The notes: a model not told the origin generated them from the letters alone. Positions 9,759 to 20,545 are shown, numbered from the stretch's first letter. The stretch: DNA of 64,000 nucleotides from Candidatus Latescibacterota bacterium (GCA_965198115.1 OZ240241.1:4576001-4640000), one strand, 5' to 3'. Numbers and translations: made by a program.

Positions 9759-10838
9759 ATGAAAATCACCAAAATCGAAGGCCACCAAATCGAAACTCGC
9801 CGGGCTTATGGCCACGTGTCGGGTCACGTCATCCTCAAAGTCCACGTCGACGACGGTCCCGTCGGACTGGGTGAAGCCTCCGACAGTCGCTGCGGGGATC
9901 TTCCCGCGCTCATCGGACAATACAACGACCTGCTCGTCGGGTCCGATGCGACAGCCATTACCGAAACCAACGAGCGTCTGGGCACCCACAGCTTCAACAG
10001 CACCGTCAGCGACAACCACTGCGTGTCTGCGATCGATCTGGCACTCTACGACCTGAACGGCAAAGCACTGGGCGTTTCCGCGAATCGCCTAATGGGCGGG
10101 AAGATTCGGGACAAGATCTACTGTTGCTATCCGACGTGGGGATGGCAGCTCAAAGAGGATTTCGACAAGACCGTCGGCTACGTACAGCGGCTCGTCGACC
10201 ACGGACATCACCTGATCCGCTTCTACATCTCCGGCGACGACGCGGAGCTCGATAACCGTTTCCTCACGACCGTCTTCGACCGCTTTGGCGACAAGGTCAA
10301 ACTCAAACAGATCGACTTCTCGGGTCGCTTCAACGATTGGCGTGCGGCCCTCGAGTATGCCCAGGCCCTCCGTCATCACAATCCCTACCATTTCGAGCAA
10401 CCGTCGAGAAACCTTCGGGTTTGCGCCGAATTCACCAAGCGAATGGACCTGCCCGTCAGTCTTCACACGAGCAACATACAGACTGCCCTCGATTCGATCG
10501 AGCTTCGCGCCTGCACGGCTTTCAACCTCTGTAATGTCAGCCGCGGCCCGACTTACATCCGTCGCATCTACGCGGTCGCAGAATCGGCCGGCATCAAATG
10601 CCTGATCGGAACCGATCAGGAATCGACGCTCGGCATCGCCGGCCAGCTTCACGTCGGCGCAACCGTACCCAACCTCGATCTGCCGTGCGATCCAATGGGA
10701 CCGATGCTCTACCTCGACTCGCCCGCCAAGGAACGCATCCACGCCGAGGGCAGTTACCTCACCGTTCCTGACGGCCCAGGTCTCGGAGTCGAGCTGGATG
10801 ATGAAAAACTCAAGGCGTTGACGATCGCTTCGGCCTGA
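9759..10838 (+). CDS. Mandelate racemase/muconate lactonizing enzyme family protein
   Basis: MKITKIE, GLGE, SAIDLALYDLNGK, FEQP, VPDGPGLGVELD. Confidence 0.88.
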   Translation: MKITKIEGHQIETRRAYGHVSGHVILKVHVDDGPVGLGEASDSRCGDLPALIGQYNDLLVGSDATAITETNERLGTHSFNSTVSDNHCVSAIDLALYDLNGKALGVSANRLMGGKIRDKIYCCYPTWGWQLKEDFDKTVGYVQRLVDHGHHLIRFYISGDDAELDNRFLTTVFDRFGDKVKLKQIDFSGRFNDWRAALEYAQALRHHNPYHFEQPSRNLRVCAEFTKRMDLPVSLHTSNIQTALDSIELRACTAFNLCNVSRGPTYIRRIYAVAESAGIKCLIGTDQESTLGIAGQLHVGATVPNLDLPCDPMGPMLYLDSPAKERIHAEGSYLTVPDGPGLGVELDDEKLKALTIASA

Positions 10839-10840
10839 GT

Positions 10841-11827
10841 ATGCCGGTCATCGAAGTCACCCAGCTGAGCAAAACTTACGTCGTCCCCGAGCGGGAAGCC
10901 GGACTCGCTGAGGCGCTGAAGAGTCTGATTCACCGCAAGACCAGGGACGTCAAAGCGGTCGATCGCATCAACTTCGGCGTCGAAGAAGGCGAGATCGTCG
11001 GCTTCCTCGGACCGAATGGGGCCGGCAAAACGACGACCCTGAAAATGCTTTCGGGCCTCCTCTACCCGACGTCGGGCGAGGCCACCGTTCTCGACCACAC
11101 TCCGTCGAAACGCCATCGCGACTTCCTGAGCAACATCACCCTGGTTATGGGTCAGCGGAACCAGCTCATCTGGGACATTCCCGTCGTCGATTCCTTCGAG
11201 CGGAATCGTGCGGTCTATCGCCTCACGCGAGAACATTACAGGACGACCGTCGACGAGCTGACCGACCTCCTCGACCTGGGCGAGCTTCTGAGCAAGCCCG
11301 TCCGGAATCTCTCACTCGGTGAACGGATGAAGTGCGAAGTCGCCGCCGCGCTCCTGCACCGGCCGAAGGTCCTGTTTCTGGATGAACCCACCATCGGGCT
11401 CGACGTGACAATGCAGCGGCGAATCCGTGAGTTCATCAACGCCTATAACAAGGAACACGGAGCTGCCGTCTTGCTCACGAGCCACTATATGGCCGACGTT
11501 GAAGCGCTTTGTAAGCGCATCATCGTCATCCATCACGGACGTGTGTTGTTCGACGGCCCTCTGAATGACCTCGTCACCCGCTTTTCACCTCATAAGACCA
11601 TCCAGGTCGAACTCGACACCGAAACGGCGGATCTGACCGGCTATGGGGAGGTCATCGAAAACGACGGCGCACGATACAAGCTCAACGTCGACAAGGCCGA
11701 GACACCCCACGTCACGAGCCGTCTGCTCGCCGATCTGCCCGTCCTGGACCTGACTGTCGAGGATCCCCCCATAGAAGACGTCATCGAGCAGGTCTTCTCC
11801 ACCGAATCTGCGCAATCCGACAAGTAG
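10841..11827 (+). CDS. ABC-2 type transporter ATP-binding protein
   Basis: GPNGAGKTT, LSLGERMK, FLDEPTIGLD. Confidence 0.93.
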   Translation: MPVIEVTQLSKTYVVPEREAGLAEALKSLIHRKTRDVKAVDRINFGVEEGEIVGFLGPNGAGKTTTLKMLSGLLYPTSGEATVLDHTPSKRHRDFLSNITLVMGQRNQLIWDIPVVDSFERNRAVYRLTREHYRTTVDELTDLLDLGELLSKPVRNLSLGERMKCEVAAALLHRPKVLFLDEPTIGLDVTMQRRIREFINAYNKEHGAAVLLTSHYMADVEALCKRIIVIHHGRVLFDGPLNDLVTRFSPHKTIQVELDTETADLTGYGEVIENDGARYKLNVDKAETPHVTSRLLADLPVLDLTVEDPPIEDVIEQVFSTESAQSDK

Positions 11828-11885
11828 TCTATGGTGTCGTCGATTCCCATCAGTTTCCTAATTCCATAATTTCCTGATTCCCCCA

Positions 11886-12680
11886 ATGGTTTCTATCTAT
11901 CTCGCTTACCTGAAGACGTCGATCGCTATGATGTTTCAGTATCGTGCGGCGATGGCCATCTGGATGATCGGGCGCATCCTCGAACCCGTCATCTACCTCG
12001 TCGTCTGGACGACAGTCGCCGAGTCACGAGGCGGGCAGGTGGGCGGCTACACGCCAGAGACTTTCGCTGCCTACTACATCGTGCTTATGGTCGTCCAACA
12101 GATCACGTTTTCCTGGATTATGCACGAGTACGAGTGGCGTATCCGGAGCGGCACGCTCTCTGCGGTCCTCCTCAAACCCATTCACCCCATCCACAGCGAC
12201 ATCGCAGACAACATAGGCTACAAAGTGCTCACGTCGGTTATCCTCATCCCGTCCGTCGTGGTTATGGGCCTCGTCTTCAAGCCGACATTCACGTTCGACC
12301 TGACCCTTTTCCTGCTATTCCTCCTCACGATGGGGTTTGCCTATCTGTTGCGATTCTACATCGAGTGGTCGCTCGCTCTCGTCGCATTCTGGACAACTCG
12401 AAACGAGGCATTCAATCAGGTCTTCTTTCTGGTCGGGTTGTTCCTGACAGGACGCATCGCCCCACTCGGGTTGCTGCCTCATTGGCTTAGACAGATCGGC
12501 GATGCTTTACCGTTCCAGTGGATGGTCGCCTTCCCGGTGGAGCTCCTACTGGGACGTCTCTCAGAACAGCAGATCACCCACGGGCTGATGATGCAGGTCG
12601 CCTGGATCGCTTTCGGATTCGTTCTGCATCGTGTTGTCTGGTGGCGCGGTATCCGAAAATACTCAGCAGTGGGAGCCTGA
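11886..12680 (+). CDS. ABC-2 family permease (DUF990-like)
   Basis: Multi-TM ORF after the ATPase; QYRA, IRSGTLSAVLLKPIHP. Confidence 0.85.
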   Translation: MVSIYLAYLKTSIAMMFQYRAAMAIWMIGRILEPVIYLVVWTTVAESRGGQVGGYTPETFAAYYIVLMVVQQITFSWIMHEYEWRIRSGTLSAVLLKPIHPIHSDIADNIGYKVLTSVILIPSVVVMGLVFKPTFTFDLTLFLLFLLTMGFAYLLRFYIEWSLALVAFWTTRNEAFNQVFFLVGLFLTGRIAPLGLLPHWLRQIGDALPFQWMVAFPVELLLGRLSEQQITHGLMMQVAWIAFGFVLHRVVWWRGIRKYSAVGA

Positions 12681-12682
12681 CC

Positions 12683-13507
12683 GTGTACAAGCTCCATCTC
12701 TTCTGGACGTTCATGCGAATTGGCATCCTGAACGAGCTGGCCTACCGGATGAACTTCGTCGTCCAGCTGCTCCAGTCGGGGATGAGCCTGATTACGGCCC
12801 TCGCCGGATTCGCAATCGTCTTCTCACACACCGACACCCTCGGCGATTGGCGTCCGAACGATATTCTGGCACTCCTAGGCGTCTACCTCATCACCGGAGG
12901 TCTAGTTGCGCTCCTGATCCGGCCGAGTATGTCTCGGCTGATGGAAGACGTACGCGAAGGCACGCTGGACTACACTTTGACCAAACCCGAAGACGCGCAG
13001 TTCCTGGTCAGCATCAGCCAGGTCCGCATTTGGAAACTCACCGACTTTGTTCTCGGGTTGCTGGTCCTCGGCTATGCTCTCTTTCGTCGTGCACTCGACG
13101 AAAGCTACGTCGACGCGATCCTCTACGGCGGCCTGGAAGTCGGCTACATCAACACGATCACTTTCGCCGTCGGCCTGCTATGCGGTGGCATTATCGTTTA
13201 CAGTTTTTTCCTCGTCCTTGCGACCCTTTCTTTCTGGTTTATCAAGATTGAAAACATCCTCGTCATCTTCGATACGATGTATCAGGCCGGACGCTGGCCC
13301 ATCGGTCTTTACCCCTATTGGATGAAGTTCGTGCTCACCTTCATCGTTCCGATCGCCTTCGCTATCACCGTTCCCGCAGAGGCCCTGGTCGGGCGGCTGG
13401 ACGCGTCGACGTTCGCGCTCGATGTCGGTGTCGCCGTTTGTATGCTCGCAGGGTCTTGTCTCTTCTGGCAATACGGATTGAAAAACTACTCCGGCGCCTC
13501 CGCCTGA
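12683..13507 (+). CDS. ABC-2 family permease (DUF990-like)
   Basis: AYRMNF, EGTLDYTLTKPED, GRWPIGLYP, YSGASA end; GTG start at 12683. Confidence 0.85.
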   Translation: MYKLHLFWTFMRIGILNELAYRMNFVVQLLQSGMSLITALAGFAIVFSHTDTLGDWRPNDILALLGVYLITGGLVALLIRPSMSRLMEDVREGTLDYTLTKPEDAQFLVSISQVRIWKLTDFVLGLLVLGYALFRRALDESYVDAILYGGLEVGYINTITFAVGLLCGGIIVYSFFLVLATLSFWFIKIENILVIFDTMYQAGRWPIGLYPYWMKFVLTFIVPIAFAITVPAEALVGRLDASTFALDVGVAVCMLAGSCLFWQYGLKNYSGASA

Positions 13508-13595
13508 CTTGCATCCCCAGAGAGTGCGCATTACGTTTGCCGACGACGCTGGATTGTCTCTGTCTTTCCTGAACACTGAACACTAGCTTTCCCAA

Positions 13596-14426
13596 ATGTC
13601 TGTCACCGAACGCGACATCTACCTCTTCGATCTCCGCGGCTATGTCAAACTCGAAGGCGCATTGACAGCTGACGAAGTCGACGAACTCAACGCCACGATC
13701 GACGCCATCCCACCTCTTAAACCGGGAGAGTGGTACGGCTACATCCACGGCCACGGCTATGGAACGGCGGACGGCCTGAACTACCAGCAGATCTACGAAG
13801 CCGGCGAACCCTTTGAGAAGCTGATCGATCACCCCTCCTGGATCGATCATCTCAAGACGTTCGTCGGTGGTGAAGGCACCTTCGATTACCATCACGGCCC
13901 GCTCTTCATCGACGAAAATTTCATCACTTTCCGTGAGCCCGGCGAGGCCATCGGCCTTCACTCTGGAAATCACTTCGGCATCAAGCGGAACCAGTTCCGT
14001 GTCTACAACGGAAAGTTCCTGTGCGGTCAGGTCAATGTCCTGATCGCACTCACCGACGTCGGCCCAGGTGATGGCGGAACGATGCTCATTCCTGGGAGCC
14101 ACAAGCAGAACTTTGCACCTCCAGATTACGACCTGCACCGGATGCAGAAGGGCGGGTCGGTGGATGGTCTGGATTACGCGGTAGAGGTCCATATGGAGGC
14201 AGGTGATGCGATCGTCTTCGTTGACGCCCTGTCTCACGGATCGGCCAAGCGGATCAACGAAGGCACTCGTCGAACCTGCGTCTATCGTTATGGGCCCTCG
14301 TGGGGCAATTTCCGTCACGGCTATGAACCCTCGCCTGAACTCCTCGAACGGCTGACACCTCAGCGTCGGCAGATCGTTCAACCCCAGAATCGACTTCCGC
14401 GAAAACCCCAAATTCGCCAAAGATAG
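13596..14426 (+). CDS. Phytanoyl-CoA dioxygenase (PhyH) family protein
   Basis: YLFDLRGY, GDGGTMLIPGSHK, AGDAIVF...HG. Confidence 0.85.
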   Translation: MSVTERDIYLFDLRGYVKLEGALTADEVDELNATIDAIPPLKPGEWYGYIHGHGYGTADGLNYQQIYEAGEPFEKLIDHPSWIDHLKTFVGGEGTFDYHHGPLFIDENFITFREPGEAIGLHSGNHFGIKRNQFRVYNGKFLCGQVNVLIALTDVGPGDGGTMLIPGSHKQNFAPPDYDLHRMQKGGSVDGLDYAVEVHMEAGDAIVFVDALSHGSAKRINEGTRRTCVYRYGPSWGNFRHGYEPSPELLERLTPQRRQIVQPQNRLPRKPQIRQR

Positions 14427-14509
14427 ATTGATTTTAGCCAATAATTGACAATTCTTGCTATATTCTGACATTAGTTTGTGTCTCGGTCTTTAGTGGGAGG
14501 TCAGAGAGC

Positions 14510-14815
14510 ATGAACGTCAATCTCACGCCAGAACTCGATCGGATAGTCAGGGAAAAGGTAAAGTCTGGGATGTATGGATCGGCCAGCGAGGTCGTGCGGG
14601 AAGCGTTGCGGCGGATGCTGAAAGATGAGATGGGAGGGGTCACCGAAGTGGCTGAAGGTCCCAAGCGAGACTATGGCTCCAGCACGCATCGGGACAGGCT
14701 CAAGGAAACGATGGAACGCATTTGGGCAGATCAGCGGGAAAGGGGACACGTTCCTCCTACTAAGGAGGAAGTCGACCAACACATCCGCGAGTTGCGCGAA
14801 GGCTGGGACAGGTAG
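14510..14815 (+). CDS. Type II antitoxin with ParD-like RHH N-terminus
   Basis: MNVNLTPEL...KVKSGMYGSASEVVREALR; lies upstream of a PIN toxin. Confidence 0.82.
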   Translation: MNVNLTPELDRIVREKVKSGMYGSASEVVREALRRMLKDEMGGVTEVAEGPKRDYGSSTHRDRLKETMERIWADQRERGHVPPTKEEVDQHIRELREGWDR

Positions 14816-14818
14816 CAG

Positions 14819-15214
14819 GTGCGAACATATCTCGATTCCGCACCTGTGATCTATCACGTCCAACGTATCGAGGAATACTGGAGACTGGTCGAACAACGAC
14901 TGGATCAAAGCGAACTGCGACCCGTCGTCAGCGACCTCACGAGGATGGAGTGCCGTGTGAAGCCAATCCGTGAGTCGAACGATCAGTTGTTACGCAATTT
15001 CGATGCCTTCTTCAGTAACACGGAGTCTGTTCCGTTGACGTCAGAGGTCTTCGATCTCGCCACGACGATACAGGCTCGCTACAGATACACCACACCCGAT
15101 GCCCTTCACCTAGCCGCAGCTATCGCTTCTGAATGTGACATCTTCCTGACGAACGACCGTCGCCTGTCATCCTTCCCCGAGATAAGGGTGGAACTAATCG
15201 ATTCGTATGTCTGA
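14819..15214 (+). CDS. vapC: PIN-domain toxin (VapC family)
   Basis: YLDSAPVIY, TRMECRV, TPDALHLAAA, FLTNDRRL. Confidence 0.88.
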   Translation: MRTYLDSAPVIYHVQRIEEYWRLVEQRLDQSELRPVVSDLTRMECRVKPIRESNDQLLRNFDAFFSNTESVPLTSEVFDLATTIQARYRYTTPDALHLAAAIASECDIFLTNDRRLSSFPEIRVELIDSYV

Positions 15215-15252
15215 TCAAACAATGTTCCGCTTTCATTGACCAGAGGAACCGT

Positions 15253-16216
15253 ATGAAAATCGGTCTCGTCATCAGACCCTTCACCGACGACAACCTCAAG
15301 ACAGCGCTCCAGATGGACGTCAAAGATGTCATCACGACGCTTCCAGGGGATTGCCGCGGCGGGCGTATCTGGGATTTCGAAGACATCTTGCGTCACAAAA
15401 AGCGCATCGAGGACATAGGGCTTCGTTGGTCCGTCGTCGAATCGGTGCCCATCTCCGACGCCGTCAAACTGGGTCTGGACGGGCGCGACGAGGAAATCGA
15501 CGACTACTGTCAGACGATTCGCAATCTCGGTGCGGCCGGCATTCCGACGATGTGCTACAACTGGATGGCGGTATTCGGTTGGATGCGGACGTCGCTCACG
15601 ACGCGCACGCGTGGTGACGCGCTCGCGATTACGTACGATCATCGCGAAATGGAAAATGCACCGGAGATAACGGAGTACGGTGAGATCAGCGAGGAAAGGT
15701 TGTGGGAGAATCTCGAATACTTCCTCAAACGGGTCATCCCCGTCGCCGAGGAAGCAGGCGTCAAGCAGGGCATGCATCCGGATGATCCGCCGATGGGACC
15801 GATTTCGGGGCGTCGCTCGCATTATCACCAGTCCCCAAGCGTTCGACCGGCTACTCGACCTGGTCCCCAGCGGGTTCAGCGGACTCACCTTCTGCCAGGG
15901 CAACTTCAAGGCAATGGGCGTCGACATCGTCCAGAACATCCGCCACTTCGGTAACAAGGGCAAAATCTTCTTCGCGCACTTTCGTGACTTGCAGGGCCAG
16001 GTCCCGGCGTTCAGCGAGTCGTTTCACGACGACGGCGAAACCGATATGGCCGCCTGCGTGAAGGCTTACGACGAGATCGATTTCGACGGCGTCATCCGTC
16101 CCGACCACACGCCGACCTTCGCCATCGACAAAGAAGAAACCGGCGGCTACAATTTCCTCGGCCGCCTCTTCGCCGTCGGCTACATGCGCGGTCTGATGCA
16201 CGGCGTAGAAACCTAG
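15253..16216 (+). pseudogene. uxuA: Mannonate dehydratase, frameshifted near 15810 (possibly a sequencing error)
   Basis: WSVVESVP, CYNWM, LWENLEYFL, HPDDPP in one frame; GLTFCQG, HFRD, RPDH, LGRLFAVGYMRGL in another. Confidence 0.85.
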
Positions 16217-16365
16217 ACCACGGAATACACGGAAGAAACCAAACTACAGATGTGTAGTCGCAGCTCGAACTTACTCCCCGAATAGGGCCCGGGGCCCCTC
16301 TTTACCCACAACTCTCCGTGTTCTCCCTGTTCTCAGTGGCGTTCTTGATCTTCGCGAGGTAGAGC

Positions 16366-17334
16366 GTGAGAGACATTAAAATCGGCGCAGCGCAGTTCGA
16401 AGCCAGAGACGCCGACAAGGCCTACAATCTGTCTCGTATCGACGCCCTGACGGCGCTTGCCGTCATAGGTGGCGCCGAGATTGTCTCCTTCCACGAGTGC
16501 TGCATCTCCGGTTACACGTTCCTGCAGGAACTCTCTCGCGAGCGTCTCCTCGATCTTGCCGAAGTCGTTCCGGACGGGCCATCGACTCGATCTCTCATCG
16601 AGCTGTCGGGCAAGCACGGTGTGCCGCTGATGGCCGGACTGGTCGAGGTCGATGGCGATCGGCTCTACAACACGTATGTCGCCGTCACGCCAGACGGCTT
16701 TCTGGCCAAACACCGCAAGCTTCACGCCTTCATCAGTTCCTTCATCGATTCGGGCGACGACTTTACCGTCTTCGACCTTCTCGACTGTCGATGCGGCATC
16801 CTCATCTGCTACGACAACAACCTGCCCGAAAACGTCCGCCTCACGGCAATGATGGGGGCCGAGATCATCTTCATGCCGCACGTCACGTGCGGTCTGCCGT
16901 CCGATATGCCAGGTCGGGGCCTCATCGACAAGGCCTTGTGGGACAACCGGGAAACCGACCCGGTCAGGCTTCGCCAGAAATTCAACGGGCCGAAAGGGCG
17001 CGGATGGCTGATGCGTTGGCTGCCCACCCGGGCGTATGAAAACGGGGTCTATGCCGTCTACACCAACCCCATCGGCGTCGATCACGACACCGTCAAAAAC
17101 GGCAATGCGATGATCATCGACCCCTTCGGCGAGATCCTCGTCGAATCGATGGCACTCGAGGACGACGACGTCGTCGGTCTCTGCACGCCGGCAAAGATTG
17201 AGGTGTCATCCGGCTATCGCTACCTCCGCGCCCGGCGACCCGATCTCTACGGCAAGATGGTCGAGCCCCTTCCCGAGAACTGGGAAACCGGCACCAAGCC
17301 GGGTTGGGATCTCGCCGATCCCGATTCAGAATAA
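16366..17334 (+). CDS. Nitrilase/carbon-nitrogen hydrolase family protein
   Basis: FHE, HRKLH, LICYD catalytic E-K-C triad. Confidence 0.9.
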   Translation: MRDIKIGAAQFEARDADKAYNLSRIDALTALAVIGGAEIVSFHECCISGYTFLQELSRERLLDLAEVVPDGPSTRSLIELSGKHGVPLMAGLVEVDGDRLYNTYVAVTPDGFLAKHRKLHAFISSFIDSGDDFTVFDLLDCRCGILICYDNNLPENVRLTAMMGAEIIFMPHVTCGLPSDMPGRGLIDKALWDNRETDPVRLRQKFNGPKGRGWLMRWLPTRAYENGVYAVYTNPIGVDHDTVKNGNAMIIDPFGEILVESMALEDDDVVGLCTPAKIEVSSGYRYLRARRPDLYGKMVEPLPENWETGTKPGWDLADPDSE

Positions 17335-17356
17335 CCTCTTCCGAAACAGGCAACAG

Positions 17357-17388
17357 AAAGGGCCGTCTCCATAGCGAGACGACCCTCG
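17357..17388. terminator. Hairpin, probable terminator between convergent genes
   Basis: AGGGCCGTCTC-catagc-GAGACGACCCT. Confidence 0.45.
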
Positions 17389-17590
17389 TGCTTGCCGTAT
17401 TCTACCGAATGTTTCGGTTTGCCGTGAACCTCTTCCCCGGTAGGGCCTGCGATGCTAGCACTACGCCCTCCGTGCTCTCAGTGTTCTCAGTGGCTGTTTT
17501 GGGTTTTTATAGAGCCGGCCAGGGCACCGTGTCCTCAAAGCCTGCCGGGTAGTTTGAACGCATGTCGGTTTAACCCCGACCGGCTCCAGA

Positions 17591-18094
17591 TTAGCTCCGA
17601 TCGCAGTCGTGGCCTCGCTCGGTTCCGAATTCACCCCTCATTCCGTGCCGCATGCCTCGACGATGCATTTCTCGTCTGCGCATCCCGTGCTCGGGCGGCC
17701 CCATTTCTCCCATCTTCTCACGCTGCTCGATCGTCAGCACGCTCTTCATCTTCACAAAACTGTTCACTCGGGTCGACGTCATGCTCGACTGAGCGCGATT
17801 CAGCTTGTCCACGGCCTTGTTGATGTCCGCCTGCTCGATCGTCGTCTGACGTATCGCCTCACCCAATTCGATTCGAGCGACTTTGACATCAGCCTCCAGC
17901 TGGGCCATCGCCTTGTGGCCGTCTGCGCGTAGAGACTTGAGCTTGGCCTTTTGATCCGACGTCAGATCGAGGGCTTCGAAACGGTGTGCCATCATTCGAT
18001 GGCCTCGATGATGACGCCCACGCTGGGCAAGCACTTCCCCGCTCATCAAGACGATTCCAGAAAGCACTGCCGCAACAACGAAGTTCCGCTTCAT
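17591..18094 (-). CDS. Spy/CpxP family periplasmic protein
   Basis: Signal peptide, LDLTSDQK and VLTIEQREK (LTxxQ motifs), Met/His-rich ends. Confidence 0.8.
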   Translation of the reverse strand: MKRNFVVAAVLSGIVLMSGEVLAQRGRHHRGHRMMAHRFEALDLTSDQKAKLKSLRADGHKAMAQLEADVKVARIELGEAIRQTTIEQADINKAVDKLNRAQSSMTSTRVNSFVKMKSVLTIEQREKMGEMGPPEHGMRRREMHRRGMRHGMRGEFGTERGHDCDRS

Positions 18095-18122
18095 CGCAAA
18101 CCTCCTTCTCTTGAGTAGATGC

Positions 18123-18569
18123 TCAAAAGACGAGATGTCCACTTTCCGTATCAGGATGCGGCGCGCGTCGCATCGAGGCGCGTTCGCTCGTAATCAGATT
18201 GGGTTGGAGCAACACGATCTGCTCCAGCTGTTCAGGGGTCAGGATACGACGGATCCGTTCACCAAGTCGCGCTTCCGGAACGAGACGCTCGGCCTCCATC
18301 CGGATCAACGTCGCCATCTGCTGGTCGACATCAGGCTCACCCGTAACTGCGGCGCGCCGGAAGGCTTGAATCATCGCGCCGTGGCGCCGGTCCATTCGGC
18401 GTGTGGTCGAGCCATACTCCTCGAGCAACAGATCCAGCGCCTCCTTCTGCTCGGCGTTCAGCTCATCGGTCGGTAGCAGTCCGAGAAACGGTAGCGGATT
18501 CAGCGCATCTCCCTGGACCGTCAGGGTCAAGACCAGGGCCGCAATAGCCCACGGAAGAAAACGTCTCAT
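18123..18569 (-). CDS. Spy/CpxP-like periplasmic protein
   Basis: Signal peptide, LNAEQK, ILTPEQL. Confidence 0.7.
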   Translation of the reverse strand: MRRFLPWAIAALVLTLTVQGDALNPLPFLGLLPTDELNAEQKEALDLLLEEYGSTTRRMDRRHGAMIQAFRRAAVTGEPDVDQQMATLIRMEAERLVPEARLGERIRRILTPEQLEQIVLLQPNLITSERASMRRAPHPDTESGHLVF

Positions 18570-18582
18570 CGTCTGGCTCCTG

Positions 18583-19635
18583 TCAAAAGTCCAGGTCGAA
18601 ACCGAGTGAGAATACGTGGCGGCTGTCGTAATCATACGTCGCATCGTTCGATCGTGACCGCTCGAAGTCGTAACTCACACCGAGATCGATTCGAGCCGTC
18701 AGCGGCAATTCGAAAGAACCGCCCACTCCCGTGATCCGGTCGAGCCGCTCTTCGAACGTCGACACAGGTATCAGGTTCTCATCCAGGGCAAGCTGCCCGT
18801 CGTAACGTTGTGATTCATAGCCCGCACTCACGATGAGACGAGCTGCGAGCGGCAACTGTTGGGTCAATCTGAGCGTCACGGCATTTCCACTGTAGTCGTA
18901 TCGATCGACCAGAATGTCGTCCTCCTCAGAAAGGGGACTGCCGGCACTTCCTGGCTCGGTGTTGATTCGTCTCTGATACCTGAGGCTCAACCCTGTTCCA
19001 GAACCCAGTCCCTGCGCGGCCTGAAGACCAAAGACAACCTGCGATTCAGATCCGTCGTGATCCTTTCGACTGTAACTCAGGTCGCTGCGCAGCGTCGTTC
19101 GGGTCCGCAGGTATCGCGTCGTCTGGAAAAACACGTATTGGTCCGAATACCCCGACGCCCCAAGGTTCCAATAGTTCCTCGTTTCGAGCGTGTATCCCAT
19201 CCTGAGCATCGTTTTCGGGTTCGCGTACATCTTCAGGTTGGCAAACATCCTGAATCCCGCATAGTCGTAAACCGTGAAAATGTCACGATCTAGCCGGGCC
19301 CTGAACGTCGACCCGGCGTAGAGCCTGTTTCGACCGCTGCCCAGTTTTCTGGAGTAGGTCACACCCAGGTCGTGCACCGAGAAAGACCGATCCGTCGACT
19401 GTGTAAACAGATAGGCTGTGCCGGCATAAAAGAGCTGGAAGTCGGACTCGTCGGTCGTTTCCCGGTGCGCGAGAAAACTGGATGCCTGCGTCAGGTAATC
19501 CTCGCTTTTGGATGATGTTCCGAAAACATTGGAGTCGTAGGTCGACTCGACGGACAGATCGGCAACGGTCTCTGCGCGCGTCTGGTCGACATCGATTCCG
19601 AGCAGGGCGATTAGAAGGACGATCGAAAAGATCAC
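18583..19635 (-). CDS. Outer-membrane beta-barrel protein
   Basis: Signal peptide, YDSNV, alternating beta strands, C-terminal LGFDLDF. Confidence 0.75.
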   Translation of the reverse strand: MIFSIVLLIALLGIDVDQTRAETVADLSVESTYDSNVFGTSSKSEDYLTQASSFLAHRETTDESDFQLFYAGTAYLFTQSTDRSFSVHDLGVTYSRKLGSGRNRLYAGSTFRARLDRDIFTVYDYAGFRMFANLKMYANPKTMLRMGYTLETRNYWNLGASGYSDQYVFFQTTRYLRTRTTLRSDLSYSRKDHDGSESQVVFGLQAAQGLGSGTGLSLRYQRRINTEPGSAGSPLSEEDDILVDRYDYSGNAVTLRLTQQLPLAARLIVSAGYESQRYDGQLALDENLIPVSTFEERLDRITGVGGSFELPLTARIDLGVSYDFERSRSNDATYDYDSRHVFSLGFDLDF

Positions 19636-19699
19636 GACGACTCCCTCCCGGCGGGGCCCGAGGGGAAGCCATAGGACCTCCCCCCAGACCTACCGAAAT

Positions 19700-20269
19700 C
19701 TAGTTGGCGTCCTCGGTAGCATCGGCCGGTGGCGCGCCGTGTCGCCCACCAAAACGACCCCGGCGTCCGAACCCTCGGTCACCCCGCCCCGGACGAGCCG
19801 GTCGCTCGACCCCGAATTCGGCGAATTTGGCATCGACGGCAGCGCGAGCCTCATCTCGAGAGGCGCCGGCCTCACGAAGGGCGGCGATCGTGTCCTTCAG
19901 GTCCGTAATCTGTTCGGCCGAAAGAACGTCGCCCAGACGGGACACCATGTGCTCTCCCGGATCTGGAAGTTCGACGCCGAATCCCTCGAGCGTGGCCTTC
20001 ACCGCCTCACGAATCTCCTCCTTCGACGCATCGCCCGCCCGAAGGGCCTCGATCTGACCCTTGAGCTGTTCCTTCTGCTCGTCCGTCAGCTGGGAAACGA
20101 CACCGAACATCCGGCGGCCGAACCGGTGCCGCATCTCCTCGGCATCGTCGATTCCGTTCTCGTCCACGAATGCCACATCGTCCGTGGCATCGTCCTGTGC
20201 GTTGACCGCCGGCTGATCCGCGGCCACGAACGCAAATGCGAGTGCACCCACTGCCATCCACCTTTTCAT
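19700..20269 (-). CDS. Secreted helical-repeat protein (Spy-like)
   Basis: Signal peptide; two internal repeats (LTDEQK...LRAGDASKEEIR..FGVELP / LSAEQI...LREAGASRDEAR..FGVERP); Gly/Arg tail. Confidence 0.7.
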   Translation of the reverse strand: MKRWMAVGALAFAFVAADQPAVNAQDDATDDVAFVDENGIDDAEEMRHRFGRRMFGVVSQLTDEQKEQLKGQIEALRAGDASKEEIREAVKATLEGFGVELPDPGEHMVSRLGDVLSAEQITDLKDTIAALREAGASRDEARAAVDAKFAEFGVERPARPGRGDRGFGRRGRFGGRHGAPPADATEDAN

Positions 20270-20354
20270 CGCTTCCTCCTACTGTTGACTGGCAGGCTTT
20301 CTCGTGCCCGGCTGTCTCTTTGACGCCTGGCGCATTCCTGGGTTGTTGGGATCG

Positions 20355-20539
20355 TGTAGATGATTGTAACAGACTGTAAACGGCGACTGCCGTCTCTCTC
20401 CTGCCATTCAACGATACACCACGGCTGGCCTGAAGTCTGTGGCAGCTTGGTAGGCGCTTTGTAACGGCGTGTAACGCGGGTCCACAGCCCCTAAAAGCAA
20501 ACGCGGAAGAGGCTTGGTAGCAGATTTGTAACGGCGTGT
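20355..20539. promoter_or_regulatory. 10-bp-phased TGTAAC direct repeats (OmpR/RstA/CpxR-type boxes)
   Basis: TGTAGA-N4-TGTAAC-N4-TGTAAA (20355-20380), TGTAAC-N4-TGTAAC (20460-20475), TGTAAC at 20527; upstream of the Spy-like operon. Confidence 0.6.
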
Positions 20540-20545
20540 GTACAG

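Noticed and set aside
20355-20539. CRISPR-like array
   Set aside because: Only two degenerate ~28-bp repeats and no cas genes; better explained as regulator binding sites.
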